DNA from: Azolla caroliniana
Lineage: Eukaryota > Plantae > Polypodiophyta
Direction: 5' to 3'
Assembly (NCBI GenBank): GCA_043228905.1
Contig: JBHGNT010000002.1
Span: forward strand, 17,484,001 to 17,548,000
DNA length: 64,000 bases
How positions within the stretch are numbered: the first letter of the stretch is position 1; the number at the start of each line of letters is the position of its first letter. This document shows, one piece after another, positions 62,421 to 64,000 of this stretch. A model generated the notes under the pieces. That model was not told the DNA's origin, did not search any database, and saw only the letters and a list, made by a program, of their open reading frames with translations. The translations under genes were made by a program, and so were the position numbers.

Positions 62421-64000
62421 AACACAATGTTGGTTACTAGTCCCAAGTAACCGGATCAAGGTATTGTGGTACGAAGGGGGGGTAGGTTCCAGGATGTCTG
62501 GCCGACATTGTACTCAATTGGATTCGGGACGTGGGGTAACTCTATGCAGATTCTCTAATTGTTCCATTAACGGTTGATTCACTAACTAATTATAAATTTT
62601 TCTCGATACCTAGAACATAGTGGACGTTGGGAGTATTTATCAACCTTGTTTGATAAATGGAAAGGTGCACGTCTCCTTTTCCAATTGCGGCTTTTGTGTC
62701 ATTGTCTCCAAATCGAACTTCTAAGGCTTGTGGAAGAGTTTAATAATTGTGGAGCAAGGTCTTGTTGTGAGTAAGATGGTGTATTGCACCTGTGTCAAGA
62801 TACTAAAGATTTGAAGCATTCACCGATTTTCTCTTAACTGCCATATACCATTCTACTTTGTTTGATCCACGTTCATCTTTTGTTTGTGTTACTTCTATCT
62901 CACATATGAATGCTTGTATAAAACTTGTCTCTTTATTCATATTCTTTGGTATTAGATTGTAATGACACATTGTTTGCTTGTGGAATGAATCTTCTACCTT
63001 TTCCCTTTTGGTCTTATTGTTTCTATCGACACTCACGTACAATATGACTCAATTTGTTACAATATGTATAAATAAGTGTAGACATGATGATGATTGCTCC
63101 AACTCCTTGAGGAAGGCTTACTCTTTGGATGACATTTCTGGAATGTGTTCAGCTTGTCGTAATTGCTTTTGTAAGAACTGCCTTTGCAATGGTGTCTCAT
63201 GCATGTTACCATTGCTATGTGACATGTGTCTATTTGACCATTTGGGTTCTTTCTTCAAAGTTCATCTTGGTTGATTTTTGCAATCAAGGTTCGGAGATTG
63301 AGATACTTCTCATTGCTATGGAGATACTTCCATGATTCAGGCAAATAACCCATTAGTATTTCACATTGTTGTTGTATCATCAATAATGTTACTTGCTGAG
63401 ATTGCTACATCTAGTTATCTTTGTCAATTGCTTATCAAGGTGTCCAATGGTTCTCTAGATTGTTCCTATCAATCTAATGTGATGTATGTTGCTTATTTAT
63501 TCATATAAATCGCTATGATACTATGTGAGAATTAAACAAAAGAGAGAAGAAACATAGAAGTGAGTGAGAGAGAGAGAGCAAAAGTATGTAATGTCTATTC
63601 TTGTTGTAATGTTATATATGTTTTGTTATGTGTTATATTGGAGGTTACAAAATATGCACTTCTTCATAGAAAATGATATGAAGGAGTACATTTATCTCCT
63701 AACAGTAAAATACTAAAATAGGTGATACTAAAACATTTAAATACATTATAGTTAAGCTAACATGTTGTATGTATAGCATGCATTATCAATAACAAGTAAA
63801 ACAATCCTCTTTGGTGCATCTAGTTGTATAGGCTAGTATATATTTGAGCTATTATTTCAGTTTGGCATTACAATCTAAATACTACATCTATGGAGATGGA
63901 ATTAAGATATTAGTGCTTTTACTAGAACGGAAGATTTGGTGAAGTTTTAAAAAAATCATCTTCCACATTTTCATGAAGATTTTATGCATGAAAAATATGA

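Noticed and set aside
62978-63274. Cys-rich ORF resembling a metallothionein or zinc finger
   Set aside because: TG-rich sequence among degraded retroelement pieces; no convincing motif spacing or gene structure.

Overview
Eukaryotic, repeat-rich land-plant genomic DNA. It is probably a fern or other seed-free plant, which I infer from the transposon lineages and the MADS sequence. The main host feature is a MIKC-type MADS-box gene on the + strand (39176-57866; 8 predicted exons of 182/130/50/106/42/42/194/61 nt) with a 16.3-kb transposon-filled second intron. The 3' half of a tandem paralog lies at 2456-3289 and has lost both 42-nt K-box exons. Between them is a full-length 9.4-kb non-chromovirus Ty3/Gypsy element (23845-33215; 438-bp LTRs, TSD CATCT, single-frame gag-pol, large 3' extra ORF). 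The rest is degraded retroelements, an hAT-type MITE and short duplications. The most unusual observation is in the full-length element: it has no polypurine tract before its 3' LTR and instead carries an inverted copy of its tRNA primer-binding site 2 nt from the LTR, which suggests tRNA-primed or self-paired plus-strand synthesis. A short-LTR family with 4-bp TSDs and RTEX-like LINEs with microsatellite tails are also notable. All coordinates were read by hand, with no alignments or database searches.
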